A stretch of DNA of 64,000 bases from Terriglobia bacterium. GTDB lineage: Bacteria; Acidobacteriota; Terriglobia; Acidiferrales; 2-02-FULL-67-57. This document shows positions 1-9,544 of the stretch, piece after piece; position 1 is the first letter of the stretch, and each line of letters starts with the position of its first letter. The notes under the pieces were generated by a model. It was not told the DNA's origin, ran no database searches, and worked only from the letters and a program-made list of their open reading frames with translations. The stretch is from positions 33,793 through 97,792 of the forward strand of contig JBHHYS010000001.1 in NCBI GenBank assembly GCA_046757645.1. The letters run 5' to 3'. The translations under genes and the position numbers were made by a program.

Positions 1-225
1 TTGGTAAGACTCAATCTTGCCGTACTGCGGGCGGCGTGCATCATAAAGAGCCACTTCGGCCTGGCCGTCGTCCCAGAGCGGGGCGAGCGCCCAGGCGGGG
101 TTGTAGAGGCGGGCGACATCCGCCGCCGGAGTGGATCCGGCTTGGGGGGACGGAGCAGAGCTCCAGGCGACCAGCAGCGCACCCGCAATCACGAAAATTC
201 CTACAGGCAGTAAAACAGTTCTCAT
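1..225 (-). CDS. hypothetical secreted protein, N-terminal part only (gene runs off the left edge)
   Basis: Not in the ORF track because there is no stop in the window. A reverse-strand ATG at 223-225 gives MRTVLLPVGIFVIAGALLVAWSSAPSPQAG..., which is signal-peptide-like, and the frame stays open to position 1. Confidence 0.4.
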   Translation of the reverse strand, partial: MRTVLLPVGIFVIAGALLVAWSSAPSPQAGSTPAADVARLYNPAWALAPLWDDGQAEVALYDARRPQYGKIESYQ

Positions 226-309
226 CGGCATCCCTCCCTCTTTGGACCTCTCTTTACGATACACACTTGCCGGGTGGTTTTCCACGCCGGGGAGCGGCAA
301 ACGCAGGCT

Positions 310-1557
310 TCAAGGCGAGCCAGGCGAGGTTGGCTCAGCAGGAAGAGAAACCGGCTCGAGCTGGCGGGTGCGAATGCTGCCGAAGACCACCACGAGATTG
401 GTGATCAGGATGATCGCGAACACGAGCGCCCGCAGGAAGGCAAACTCACTGCCGCGAGCTTCGAGCACCTGGATGGCCAGCACGGCGGTAATCAGGCCGC
501 GGGGCAGCATCCAGAAAACCAACTCGCGTTCCGGCGGCTGGATCTCCCGCCACGCCCAGGAGCTGCTTTTCACCGCCAGCCACCGCGCCACGAACAACGC
601 TCCCAGGATGGCGAGCACGGGAAGCCAATAGGCGGTGAGGCCGGCGAAATCCACCACCGCCCCGATCAGCACGAAGAAGAAGGTGCGCACCAGGAAGGCG
701 AGCTCGGAGTGGAAGGCGAGGATTTGCAAGTGGTGTTCCTCGGTGGGGGCTTCCAGGCCGAAGGTGGCTTCCACCATGGGAGGCCCGAGGGTCGAGAAGT
801 TGGCCAGGGTGAGGCCGAAGCCGAAAACGGCGATCAGGCCGCTGGCCTGGGTGGCCTCCGTGCCGGCGTACAGCAGGAGGACCACGGAGAAGGTCAACAC
901 CTGCCAGAAGGGCTGTTTTGAGAGTCTGGACAACAACCGCGACCAGAGCATGCCGGCGCCGCCCCCCAAGAGCAGCGCCACCGCGATTTCCGAGAAAAAT
1001 TCATTGAGGATCGCGCCTACGCCCATCCCGCCGCGTGCAGCTTGCTCCAGCAGGATGCCCACCGCGAGCACAGCGAACACTTCGCCGATGGAAGCCTCCA
1101 GCAGCAGCGTCACCTTGACCGGCTCGCGCACCCCCATTTGTTGCATCACCGGCAGAATGATGGTGATGCTGGTGCAGCCCAGCACCGCGCCCACCAGCAG
1201 GGCTGTCTCCACCGTGGTGTCCATTCCCCACCAGACCACCAGCGCGATCAGGCCCACGCTCAGAGCATAGGCCAGGACGGCGAAGAGCAATCCCCCCGGC
1301 GAGTGCCGCAGGGTATCGCGGAGATTGAGTTCGAGTCCGCCCTCAAAGAGGATGAGGATGATGGCGAGCGTGCCAAAGGCGTGGGTAATCTGCTTGAACT
1401 GGGCCGCGTCCACCCAACCGAGAAGAGGCCCCAGCACCACGCCGGCGGCCATAAGCACCACCACGTCGGGGACCCGGGTGCGGTCGAACAGCCGGTTGGC
1501 GACAAAGGCCAACACCAGCAGCCCCCCCAGCAGAGCAAAAAAGGCGGTGAGGTTCAT
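310..1557 (-). CDS. cation:proton antiporter (Na+/H+ exchanger, CPA1 family)
   Basis: 415-aa polytopic membrane ORF. The N-terminus MNLTAFFALLGGLLVLAFVANRLFDRTRVPDVVVLMAAGVVLGP is typical of Na_H_Exchanger proteins. Confidence 0.8.
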   Translation of the reverse strand: MNLTAFFALLGGLLVLAFVANRLFDRTRVPDVVVLMAAGVVLGPLLGWVDAAQFKQITHAFGTLAIILILFEGGLELNLRDTLRHSPGGLLFAVLAYALSVGLIALVVWWGMDTTVETALLVGAVLGCTSITIILPVMQQMGVREPVKVTLLLEASIGEVFAVLAVGILLEQAARGGMGVGAILNEFFSEIAVALLLGGGAGMLWSRLLSRLSKQPFWQVLTFSVVLLLYAGTEATQASGLIAVFGFGLTLANFSTLGPPMVEATFGLEAPTEEHHLQILAFHSELAFLVRTFFFVLIGAVVDFAGLTAYWLPVLAILGALFVARWLAVKSSSWAWREIQPPERELVFWMLPRGLITAVLAIQVLEARGSEFAFLRALVFAIILITNLVVVFGSIRTRQLEPVSLPAEPTSPGSP

Positions 1558-1772
1558 TGGCGTCGCGGCTGGCCCGTTTCCCGGCGCGGCCGGGTTGGCG
1601 CGAACCCTACTCCAGCCATGCGATTTCTGTCAATCCGGCTGCGGGGGTTTCCGCTCACAGACTCGCTGGCGGGTTGAGAATCCCTGCCGGTGCCTCACTC
1701 TCAGTGTTTGCGGCGCCGTCGCGTTTTGCGTAGATTAGGCGGTTCGCACTTCGCTCACGCAGGAGGATAGGG

Positions 1773-3305
1773 ATGCCAAAGCTAAGGGCAGGACTCGCAA
1801 CCGCGCTGTGGCTCCTAATGGCGCTCGAGGCCGCTGCGGCGCCCCCGGAGGCGGCAGAGGCGCGGGCGCGGATTCGCGCCTATCGGCAAGCGCATGCCGC
1901 CGAAATCATCAACGAACTCGTGGAGCTGGTGCGCCTTCCCAATGGGGCCACCCAGGTGGAGGACATCCGGCGGAACGCAGAAAAATTGAAGGCCATGATG
2001 GAGCGCCGCGGGATTCGCACCCAGATTCTGCCCACGGCCGGCGGGGGGCCGGTGGTGTATGGCGAATTACCGGCGGCGAAGGCGCGCACCACGCTGCTCT
2101 TCTACGGCCACTACGACGGCCAGGCGGTGGACCCCAGCCACTGGCATTCGCCCCCCTTCGCGCCGGTCCTGCGGCCCGGCTACGGGGACGCTTGGAGAAC
2201 GATTCCCTTCCCCGGGCCGGGCGAGAACTACGAAGACAACTGGCGGCTGTTTGGCCGCTCCGTCGCGGATGACAAGTCTCCGATTGTGGCCTTGCTGGCC
2301 GCCCTGGATGCCTTGCGGGCACAGGGCTGGGAGCCTGGGGTGAACCTGAAGTTCCTCTTCGAAGGGGAGGAGGAGCAAGGCTCACCGCACCTGGCCGAGC
2401 TCATCCGGCGGGAAAAAGAGCGGTTGGCGGCGGCCCTGGTCATTGTCGCCGACGGGCCCGTGCATCAGAGCGGGCGCCCCACGATTTTCTTCGGCACGCG
2501 CGGCATCATGACCCTCGACCTGACCGCCTACGGCCCCACCGAAAACCTCCACAGCGGCCACTACGGCAACTGGGCCCCGAACCCCGCAATGCGGCTGGCG
2601 CAGTTGCTGGCGACGATGAAGGATTCGACCGGACGAGTACGCATCGCCGGCTTCTACCACGCTGTGGCGCCCCTCTCAGCGCAGGAAAAGCAGGCGCTGG
2701 CCGCCATCCCCCGGGTGGAGGAGGAACTCCAGGAGAAGTTCGGCATCGGCGAGCCTGAGGGGGGCGGAAAGAGTTTGGCCGAGCTCATCGCTCTGCCTTC
2801 GCTGAATGTGCGGGGGCTGCGCAGCGGCTAGGTGGGCGAGCAAGCGCGCACCATCGTGCCCCGCACGGCCACGGCAGCGCTGGACGTGCGGCTGGTGAAA
2901 GGCACCGACCAGGGGCGGATGTACGAGAAGATTCTGGCGCACATCCGAAAGCAGGGCTGGTACGTGGTGGACCGCGAGCCTACCCCGGCCGAGCGGCAGG
3001 CACACGGGCGCATCATCCGGGTGGAGAAGCGGGATGGCTACAACGCGGTGCGCACACCGATGGAGTTGCCGCTGGCCGCGCAGGTGGCGGGGGCGGTGGA
3101 ACGGGCCACGGCGGAGACGGTGGTAAAGCTGCCCACGCTGGGAGGCAGCGGGCCGCTTTATCTTTTCGCCGAGCTGGGGATTCCCAGCATCGGGTTGCCC
3201 ATCGTCAACTTCGACAACAACCAGCACGGGCCGGACGAGAACCTGCGCCTGGGGCATTTCTTTGCGGGAATCGACATCTTTGCCTCGGTTCTGCTGTGGG
3301 ACTAA
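1773..3305 (+). pseudogene. M20 family dipeptidase interrupted by an in-frame TAG
   Basis: ORFs 1773-2831 and 2832-3305 share one frame and are separated only by TAG at 2829-2831 (..LNVRGLRSG*VGEQARTIVP..). M20 motifs are present: FYGHYDGQ, SVADDKSP, FEGEEEQGSPH. A signal peptide is present. Confidence 0.7.
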
Positions 3306-3312
3306 GCGCTCG

Positions 3313-3335
3313 CCGGGGGCGTCGGCGCCCCCCGG
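3313..3335. terminator. GC-rich hairpin between convergent genes
   Basis: CCGGGGGCG-tcg-(G)CGCCCCCCGG lies between the M20 stop (3305) and the LytTR stop (3354). There is no clear T-run. Confidence 0.35.
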
Positions 3336-3353
3336 AGACGGACGGAGTGGGCT

Positions 3354-4148
3354 CTACAGCTTGAGGAGTTCGCGCAGACGACGGGTTTGGGCGCGGCTGA
3401 CCGGAACGGTGCTGGCGCGGCGGTCGTTCATGCGCAGCTGGTAGCTCGACTTGAACCAGGGCACCACTTCCTTGATGTGGTTGATGTTGACCAGATAGCT
3501 GCGATGCACCCGCCAGAAAGAGTTGGCGTCCAGGTTGGCTTGCAGCTCTTCCAGGGTGCGGTAATTGGAGGTGCCTTCCAATTCGCGGGTCACAATCGTG
3601 ATCAGGCCGTCTTCGATGGTGGCGTAGGCCACCTCATCGGCGTCGATCAGCAAAAGGCGCTGGCTGGTCTTCAGCAGCAGCTTGCTGGGTGCGGGCCGCC
3701 CGCCCACGTGCTCGAGCAAGGACTCAAAGCGCTCGTGGGAGCCTGGCTGGGATTCCATCAAGTGGCGGGCGCGGGTAATCGCTTTGCTCACCCGGGCTTT
3801 GTCAAATGGTTTGAGCAGGTAGTCGACCGCATTCACCTCGAAGGCCTGCACGGCGTAGTGGTCATACGCCGTGGCGAAAATGATGTGGGGGAGTCTGACC
3901 TTTTTGTCCACCAGCCTCTTGATGACCCCGAAGCCGTCCAGTCCCGGCATCTGCACATCGAGGAGCACTAGGTCGGGCGCCCTCTCCTTGATGAGGTTGA
4001 TTGCCTCCAGGCCGTTGCGGGCCTGGCCGACGATGTTCACATCGGGGACGCTCTTGAGCAGGTAGGCGAGTTCGTCCCGCGCCGGTTTTTCGTCGTCCAC
4101 GATCAGAGTTGAGATACCTGCTTCCACCTTCGTACGTGCCCCCATCAT
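3354..4148 (-). CDS. two-component response regulator, LytTR DNA-binding family
   Basis: Receiver domain (LIVDDEKPARDEL...DLVLLDVQMPGLDGF) plus a C-terminal LytTR domain (FWRVHRSYLVNINHI). The AGGAGG SD sits so close to the first ATG that the second ATG (4145) may be the true start. Confidence 0.9.
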   Translation of the reverse strand: MMGARTKVEAGISTLIVDDEKPARDELAYLLKSVPDVNIVGQARNGLEAINLIKERAPDLVLLDVQMPGLDGFGVIKRLVDKKVRLPHIIFATAYDHYAVQAFEVNAVDYLLKPFDKARVSKAITRARHLMESQPGSHERFESLLEHVGGRPAPSKLLLKTSQRLLLIDADEVAYATIEDGLITIVTRELEGTSNYRTLEELQANLDANSFWRVHRSYLVNINHIKEVVPWFKSSYQLRMNDRRASTVPVSRAQTRRLRELLKL

Positions 4149-4524
4149 TCCTCCTGGCAGCAGCCCTCTGCCCCCTCATCCCCTGGAACACGGGAGTCGG
4201 GGTTCACACCAGGCTGCCAGGCAAAAACTGCGTCGGTTCGGAATCCCGCCGGCAGCAACCCGCTCCCAGTATAATGAGCAGGCTCGAAAGCGTCAACGGA
4301 TCAGAGGCGGGCGGGGCGGAGTGAGCGTTGAGCCGCGTGGTATAGTGAGCGCTGAGGAGGCTGCTTGCGGCTTCCGATTCCGGCGCCGGACGCCCCGGTG
4401 GCCGGCGGCGCCTCCGCCGCACCCAGGGGGCCCCCGCCCCGCATCGAGAACCCCATCCGATCACTTGACTTGGCGGCCGATTGGCGATTAACTCCCCGCC
4501 AGCGGCCCCTGGAGCGAGGCTGGT

Positions 4525-4995
4525 ATGGGCAACCGAGCCGTATTTGCGCTGGCGACGATCCAGATTCTGCTGTTCTTCCTGGTGGCCAATTTCGACCGTT
4601 ACTTTTTCATGCTCCACTTTCTGGCTTCGCTGATTTATCTGATGATCCTGCTCTTGCTGTTCTATGGTTTTGAGGACTGGGCCTACGTGATCGGATTCGT
4701 TACACCCCTGCTCTGGATTGTGTCGGCGCTGCTCTCAGGCACGCTGGGGTTGGGCCTGCGCGCGCTGGGTCGGGTGTTGACCTTGCAGCCAGTGGCGAAT
4801 CCCATCGATGCGCTCAGCGCCCTGCTGTTAGTCGTGGGCCTGTTGTTGATGGTCGCCAGCGCGTGGGCTTTCCGGCAGGAGGTGTGGGGACGACCCGGCG
4901 CGGTGCGTACGGCGGCGTGGGCCACCGTGCTGGTTTGGATCTACTACGCCGCATTGATCGCAGTTATGTTCCGCCTGTCCCGACCCCAGGGATAG
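4525..4995 (+). CDS. hypothetical integral membrane protein
   Basis: 156-aa ORF with 4-5 hydrophobic helices, divergent from the LytTR regulator. I recognised no family. Confidence 0.55.
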   Translation: MGNRAVFALATIQILLFFLVANFDRYFFMLHFLASLIYLMILLLLFYGFEDWAYVIGFVTPLLWIVSALLSGTLGLGLRALGRVLTLQPVANPIDALSALLLVVGLLLMVASAWAFRQEVWGRPGAVRTAAWATVLVWIYYAALIAVMFRLSRPQG

Positions 4996-5003
4996 AAATG
5001 CTC

Positions 5004-5031
5004 TTGACAGCCGGACTCAGCCGCGTATAAT
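5004..5031 (+). promoter_or_regulatory. near-consensus sigma70-type promoter upstream of cspA
   Basis: TTGACA (5004-5009), a 16-nt spacer, then TATAAT (5026-5031). Confidence 0.6.
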
Positions 5032-5086
5032 GGGCGCCTGCTTGTTGGGTCCCGCTTTTGTGCCCCAGCAGCAGGGTGACAGAGTT

Positions 5087-5118
5087 GGCCAGCAACAGGC
5101 AAGACGCTGGCCTTTTTT
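5087..5118 (+). terminator. intrinsic-terminator-like hairpin inside the cspA leader (possible attenuator)
   Basis: GGCCAGC (5087-5093), a 12-nt loop, GCTGGCC (5106-5112), then TTTTTT (5113-5118). It lies downstream of the promoter and upstream of the cspA RBS. Confidence 0.5.
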
Positions 5119-5181
5119 GTTGCCCAGCAGCGCGGCGAGCCAGCAAGGAGAGCCAGGGACAAGGAGGAAGGAGTCTTGAAA

Positions 5182-5382
5182 GTGCAAGGCCGAGTCAAGT
5201 GGTTCAACAACTCCAAGGGCTACGGTTTCATCGGTCGGGATGACGGTGCCGACGTCTTCGTCCACTACAGCGCCATCCTGGAAGATGGCTTCCGCAGCCT
5301 GAACGCAGGCGATTTGGTGGAATTCGAAATCGTCCAGGGACAAAAGGGCCCCCAGGCCGCCAATGTAGCTAAAGTCTCCTAA
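5182..5382 (+). CDS. cspA: cold-shock protein, CspA family
   Basis: (M)[31 protein letters not shown] carries the RNP1/RNP2 motifs. GTG at 5182 is 8 nt after AAGGAG. The ORF track starts at TTG 5176. Confidence 0.95.
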   Translation: MQGRVKWFNNSKGYGFIGRDDGADVFVHYSAILEDGFRSLNAGDLVEFEIVQGQKGPQAANVAKVS

Positions 5383-5498
5383 CCCAGCCCGCCTCTCGGG
5401 CCGAGGCAGGCCCACAACAAAGTTTTTCCGCCGCGCTCCCACCCAGTGGCTTCTTCTTTTCCCCCGCCCCCGCCTCAGCCGCAGTAAAATACTGACTT

Positions 5499-6346
5499 AT
5501 GCGGCAGTTCTCCTCCTCGGCCCTGATTGCTTCCCTCGCTCTGGCGCTGGCACTGCCGGCGCGATGCGATGATCGCAAAGAGATCCAACGCCGGCTCAGA
5601 GCTGACTACGAAGGCAAACTGGTGAAGCTGGAGCCGCATCTCCGCTCCAGCGACATACACCTCGATATACCCAAACGCGACGCACAAGCAATCGAAGATC
5701 AGATTGCAGTCTATTTACTAATTCAAAAAGTCAAATTGAAAAAGAAAGAATTGGAGGTGCGCGCACGACGTGTTTATTTTTACCGAGACACCAAGGCGGA
5801 GTGCAAGAAATCAAGGGGCCCAAAAGCAGATACCGCTTCCGTTGGAAAGGCCAAGAGCCGAACGAAAATCAGATTCGGGAGGCATTCAATCAAGTTTTGC
5901 CCCTGCTCAAGGGAAACCTGGAAGGATGGAGAAGCTACTGGCCGCCAAAGAGGCCGCCAAGCCGCCCCGGGCAACCCCTCAACCAACAACCAAGCCAGGA
6001 GATTGCCCCGGGAATATTTACTCTCGGCACCGATGCGACCCCGCCGGTTTGCGAGTTCTGCCCCGATCCCCCCTACCCCCATAAGGCCCAAATGGACCCC
6101 GTGAGAGGAGTGCTGGAGTTATGGATCGTAGTGACCGAGACTGGTCGGGTGGCCGGCATCCAGATTGCGAAATCACTCGGACACGGTCTCGATAACTCAG
6201 CCGTGATGACCGTAGCGAACTGGCGCTTCAGACCTGGTCTGCTCAACGGGAGGACGGTGCGAGTTTTGATGCGGGTCGAAATCTATTTCCGTCTTTTTTA
6301 TCCGGAGGAGCCCGGGAGTCTTCCGCGATGGAGAATCGAGACGTAG
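5499..6346 (+). CDS. secreted TonB C-terminal-domain protein, apparently frameshifted near 5795-5805
   Basis: Frame 0 (from 5499) gives a signal peptide, MRQFSSSALIASLALALALPARC, and sensible sequence up to ..YFYRDTKAE, then R-rich nonsense. Frame 2 (from 5801) gives a Pro-rich linker plus a TonB_C-like domain (GVLELWIVVTETGRVAGIQIAKSLGHGLDNSAVMTVANWRFRPG). Confidence 0.55.
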
Positions 6347-8052
6347 CCCGGATTCTGCGGGAGACGGCGCAGTTGCTGGAACTGGACGGCGCCCAGATCG
6401 GCCGCTACCGCAGCTACGAAAGGGCGGCGCAGCAAGTCGAAGCGCTCCCGGAGCCGGTGGCGCAGTTGGTGGCCGAGGGGCGCCTGCAGGAAGTGCCCGG
6501 CATCGGGGAGCGGATGGAGGAGCACATCCGCGAAATCCTGAAGACCGGCCGCTACCACCAGCACCAAAAGCTGCTGAAAAAATATCCCCCCACCATTCTG
6601 GAGCTGCTGAACCTGCAAGGGCTGGGCCCCAAGAAGGTGGCCGTGCTGTGGAAGACGTTCAAGGTGAAGACGGTGACCGACGTAGAAAAGCTGGCCCGGC
6701 AGGGGCAGCTCCGCGACCTGGCCGGCTTCGGGGAGAAGACGGAGCAGAACATACTCAAGGCAGCGGCCGCTTACCAGCAAATGGCGGGACGATTCCTCCA
6801 ACACCAGGCCGAGGAGACCGCGACCCGGCTGATCGCCTACATCGAGCGCCTGGGCAAGAAGGTCGAGCAGGTAACCGCGGCGGGGTCACTGCGGCGGGGC
6901 AAGGAAACCATCGGCGACTTGGACCTGCTGCTGATCTCCACGGACGCGGAGGCGGTGGGCCAACATGTTCTTGCCTACCCGGAGGTGGCTGAGAAGATCG
7001 CCAAGGGCGAGAACAAGGTCAGCATGAAGCTGGCGAACGGCATTCAGGTGGACGTCCGCATCCTGGAAAAGAAGTCCTACGGGGCGGCGCTGATGTATTT
7101 CACCGGGTCCAAGCCCCACAATATCACCCTGCGCAGCCGCGCCAAGGACAAGGGTTGGAAACTAAGCGAGTATGCCCTGGAAACCATCAAAGGCGGTAAA
7201 TGGCTCGCGGGGCGTACGGAAGCGGAGGTCTACCAGAAGCTGGGGCTGGACTACATCGAGCCGGAGCTGCGCGAGGACACGGGGGAAGTCGATGCCGCCG
7301 CCCAAGGCCGCCTGCCCAACCTGGTGCGCCTCCAGAACATTCGCGGCGACCTGCAGATGCACACCACGGCCACCGACGGCAAAAACACCCTCGAGGAGAT
7401 GGCCCAGGCAGCCCGGAAGCTCGGCTACGAATACATCGCCATCACCGACCACTCCAAGGCGGTGACGGTGGCCAACGGGATGGACGAAAAGCGCACCCTG
7501 GCTCACGCCAAGCGCATTCGGGAGCTGAACAAAAAACTGGCCGGCATTCGCCTGCTGGCGGGAATCGAAGTGGACATCCTGAAGGAGGGGCGGCTGGACC
7601 TGGACGACGAGGTGCTGGCCCAGTTGGACGTGGTGGTGGGCTCGGTGCACTCCTATATGAACCTGGAGCCCGCCGCGATGACCGCGCGCCTGCTGCGCGC
7701 CATCGAGAACCCGTACTTGAAAATTCTCGGCCACCCCACCGGACGGCTGCTACTCCGGCGGGAGGCGTTTCGGTATGACCTGGAGGCGGTGCTCGACGCC
7801 TGCAAGAAACACCGGGTGGCGGTGGAGTGCAATGCCTTTCCCGACCGGCTCGACCTCCGCGAGGTGGACCTGCGCGCCGCCAAGGAGCGCGGCGTCAAAG
7901 TCGTCATCTCCACCGACGCACATTCCACCACTCACCTGCCCTATATGAAGTACGGTGTCAAGATGGCCCGCCGGGGCTGGCTCGAAAAGCGCGACGTGCT
8001 CAACACCCTGCCCTGCGACCAACTCTTGAAAGCCCTGCGACCGAAGCCCTAA
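6328..8052 (+). CDS. polX: DNA polymerase X family protein with C-terminal PHP domain
   Basis: HhH/pol-beta-like N-terminus (VARILRETAQLLELDG..., GIGERMEEHIREIL, GDLDLLL) and a PHP domain (DLQMHTTATDG...ITDHS). Confidence 0.9.
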   Translation: MENRDVARILRETAQLLELDGAQIGRYRSYERAAQQVEALPEPVAQLVAEGRLQEVPGIGERMEEHIREILKTGRYHQHQKLLKKYPPTILELLNLQGLGPKKVAVLWKTFKVKTVTDVEKLARQGQLRDLAGFGEKTEQNILKAAAAYQQMAGRFLQHQAEETATRLIAYIERLGKKVEQVTAAGSLRRGKETIGDLDLLLISTDAEAVGQHVLAYPEVAEKIAKGENKVSMKLANGIQVDVRILEKKSYGAALMYFTGSKPHNITLRSRAKDKGWKLSEYALETIKGGKWLAGRTEAEVYQKLGLDYIEPELREDTGEVDAAAQGRLPNLVRLQNIRGDLQMHTTATDGKNTLEEMAQAARKLGYEYIAITDHSKAVTVANGMDEKRTLAHAKRIRELNKKLAGIRLLAGIEVDILKEGRLDLDDEVLAQLDVVVGSVHSYMNLEPAAMTARLLRAIENPYLKILGHPTGRLLLRREAFRYDLEAVLDACKKHRVAVECNAFPDRLDLREVDLRAAKERGVKVVISTDAHSTTHLPYMKYGVKMARRGWLEKRDVLNTLPCDQLLKALRPKP

Positions 8053-8086
8053 CCCGAGCGGTTTCGATGGTGCGGAGGCGATGGAA

Positions 8087-8115
8087 TTGACAGGGTGGGC
8101 GAGCTGTGTTAGGGT
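8087..8115 (+). promoter_or_regulatory. candidate sigma70-type promoter for metK
   Basis: TTGACA (8087-8092), a 17-nt spacer, then TAGGGT (8110-8115). Confidence 0.3.
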
Positions 8116-8184
8116 TCGCGTTTTGCTGAGTCTGCTTTATAGTCGCAGGGCGAGCGTCAAGCACTACATTCATTCGGAGGCCTG

Positions 8185-9360
8185 ATGAGTCCTTCCGCGC
8201 GGCGTTATCTGTTCAGTTCGGAATCCGTCACCGAGGGTCACCCCGACAAAATTGCCGACCAGATTTCAGACGCGGTGCTCGATGCGGTGCTCGAGCAGGA
8301 CCCCTATGGTCGGGTGGCTTGCGAGGCCTTGCTGAGCACCGGCCTGGTGCTGGTGGCCGGCGAGATCACTACCACGGCCAGCCTGGATTTTCCCAAGATC
8401 ACCCGGGAAACCATCCGGGATATCGGTTACACCGATGCTCGCCACGGATTGGACGCCGAAAGTTGCGCCGTGCTGGTTGCGGTGAAGGAACAGTCGCCGG
8501 ACATCGCCCGCGGCGTCGATCCCGGCGGAGCGGGTGACCAGGGCTTGATGTTTGGCCTGGCCTGCGATGAAACCGACGAACTCATGCCCCTGCCCATCAT
8601 GCTCGCCCACCACTTGACCCAACAACTGGCGCGCGCCCGCCGCGATGGCTCGCTCGATTTTCTCCGCCCGGATGGCAAATCCCAGGTGACGGTCGAATAC
8701 GAAAACGGCCGGCCGCGGCGGGTGGACACCGTGGTCATCGCTGCCCAGCACAGCGAAACCGCGAGCATCGAGACCCTGCGCGAAGGAATCCTGGAAAAAG
8801 TTGTGCGCCGCGTGGTTCCGGCCGGGATGCTCGACAACAACACCAAGTATCACATCAACCCCACCGGCCGCTTCGTCATCGGCGGCCCCCACGGCGATTG
8901 CGGGCTCACCGGGCGCAAAATCATCATGGACACCTACGGGGGCGCCGGCCACCACGGCGGCGGCTCGTTTTCCGGCAAGGACCCCACCAAGGTGGACCGC
9001 TCCGCCTCCTACATGGCGCGCTATGTGGCCAAGAACCTGGTCGCCGCCGGCCTGGCCCGGCGCCTGGAAGTTCAATTGGCTTACGCCATCGGGGTGGCCG
9101 ACCCAGTGTCAATTATGGTGGAGACATTCGGCACCGCGGAGGTCGAAGAGGAGCGCTTGGTGGAACTCATCCGCACCCACTTTCCCCTGACCCCGCGCGG
9201 CATCATTGACGCCCTTGACCTCCGGCGGCCCATCTATCGCAAGACCGCCGCCTACGGCCACTTCGGGCGCAGCGAGCCGGAGTTCACCTGGGAGCGGGTG
9301 GACAAGGCGGAGGAACTGCGGCGGGCGGCGGGGTTGGCGCGGGTCGCGGTCAAGCGCTAG
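8185..9360 (+). CDS. metK: S-adenosylmethionine synthetase
   Basis: [35 protein letters not shown] and [21 protein letters not shown] lies 5 nt upstream of the ATG. Confidence 0.97.
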   Translation: MSPSARRYLFSSESVTEGHPDKIADQISDAVLDAVLEQDPYGRVACEALLSTGLVLVAGEITTTASLDFPKITRETIRDIGYTDARHGLDAESCAVLVAVKEQSPDIARGVDPGGAGDQGLMFGLACDETDELMPLPIMLAHHLTQQLARARRDGSLDFLRPDGKSQVTVEYENGRPRRVDTVVIAAQHSETASIETLREGILEKVVRRVVPAGMLDNNTKYHINPTGRFVIGGPHGDCGLTGRKIIMDTYGGAGHHGGGSFSGKDPTKVDRSASYMARYVAKNLVAAGLARRLEVQLAYAIGVADPVSIMVETFGTAEVEEERLVELIRTHFPLTPRGIIDALDLRRPIYRKTAAYGHFGRSEPEFTWERVDKAEELRRAAGLARVAVKR

Positions 9361-9544
9361 TGCTCGTCCCACTTGACGCGACGAAGATAAAGTCCCGACC
9401 CCGTGCTTTCGAGAACGAATACCGAGCGTCACCTACCCCAGGCAGGGTTTGGAGCCATAGGTAAGTTGGAGGGGAAGCCGGCGGCTCTTCCCGTCAAGCG
9501 CGGAAACGCGTAGAATCTTTTTAGATCGCAATTTCACCGGAGAG

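Noticed and set aside
2829-2831. In-frame TAG codons (here and at 36665-36667) as evidence of TAG reassignment or pyrrolysine.
   Set aside because: TAG terminates about 60% of the genes in this window, including essential ones. No pyl genes or suppressor tRNA are in view. Nonsense mutation or base-call error is more parsimonious.
4228-4256. GGTTCGGAATCC, resembling a tRNA T-arm/T-loop.
   Set aside because: The flanking bases do not form a T-stem, and no acceptor, D or anticodon arms can be drawn on either strand.
4262-4350. TATAAT (4270-4275) and TATAGT (4334-4339) as promoters, or a small RNA in the 376-nt LytTR/membrane-protein intergenic region.
   Set aside because: No acceptable -35 element lies at 16-18 nt spacing for either, and no terminator defines a discrete sRNA. 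The evidence is insufficient to call a feature.
8053-8184. Possible SAM riboswitch upstream of metK, and a possible SAH riboswitch upstream of ahcY (9361-9544).
   Set aside because: I could not find the conserved cores by eye (SAM-I GAGGGA...GCCC...GCAACC; SAH GAGGAGCGCUGCGAC...AGGCUCGG...GGCGCUCAC). An Infernal scan would be needed to be certain.
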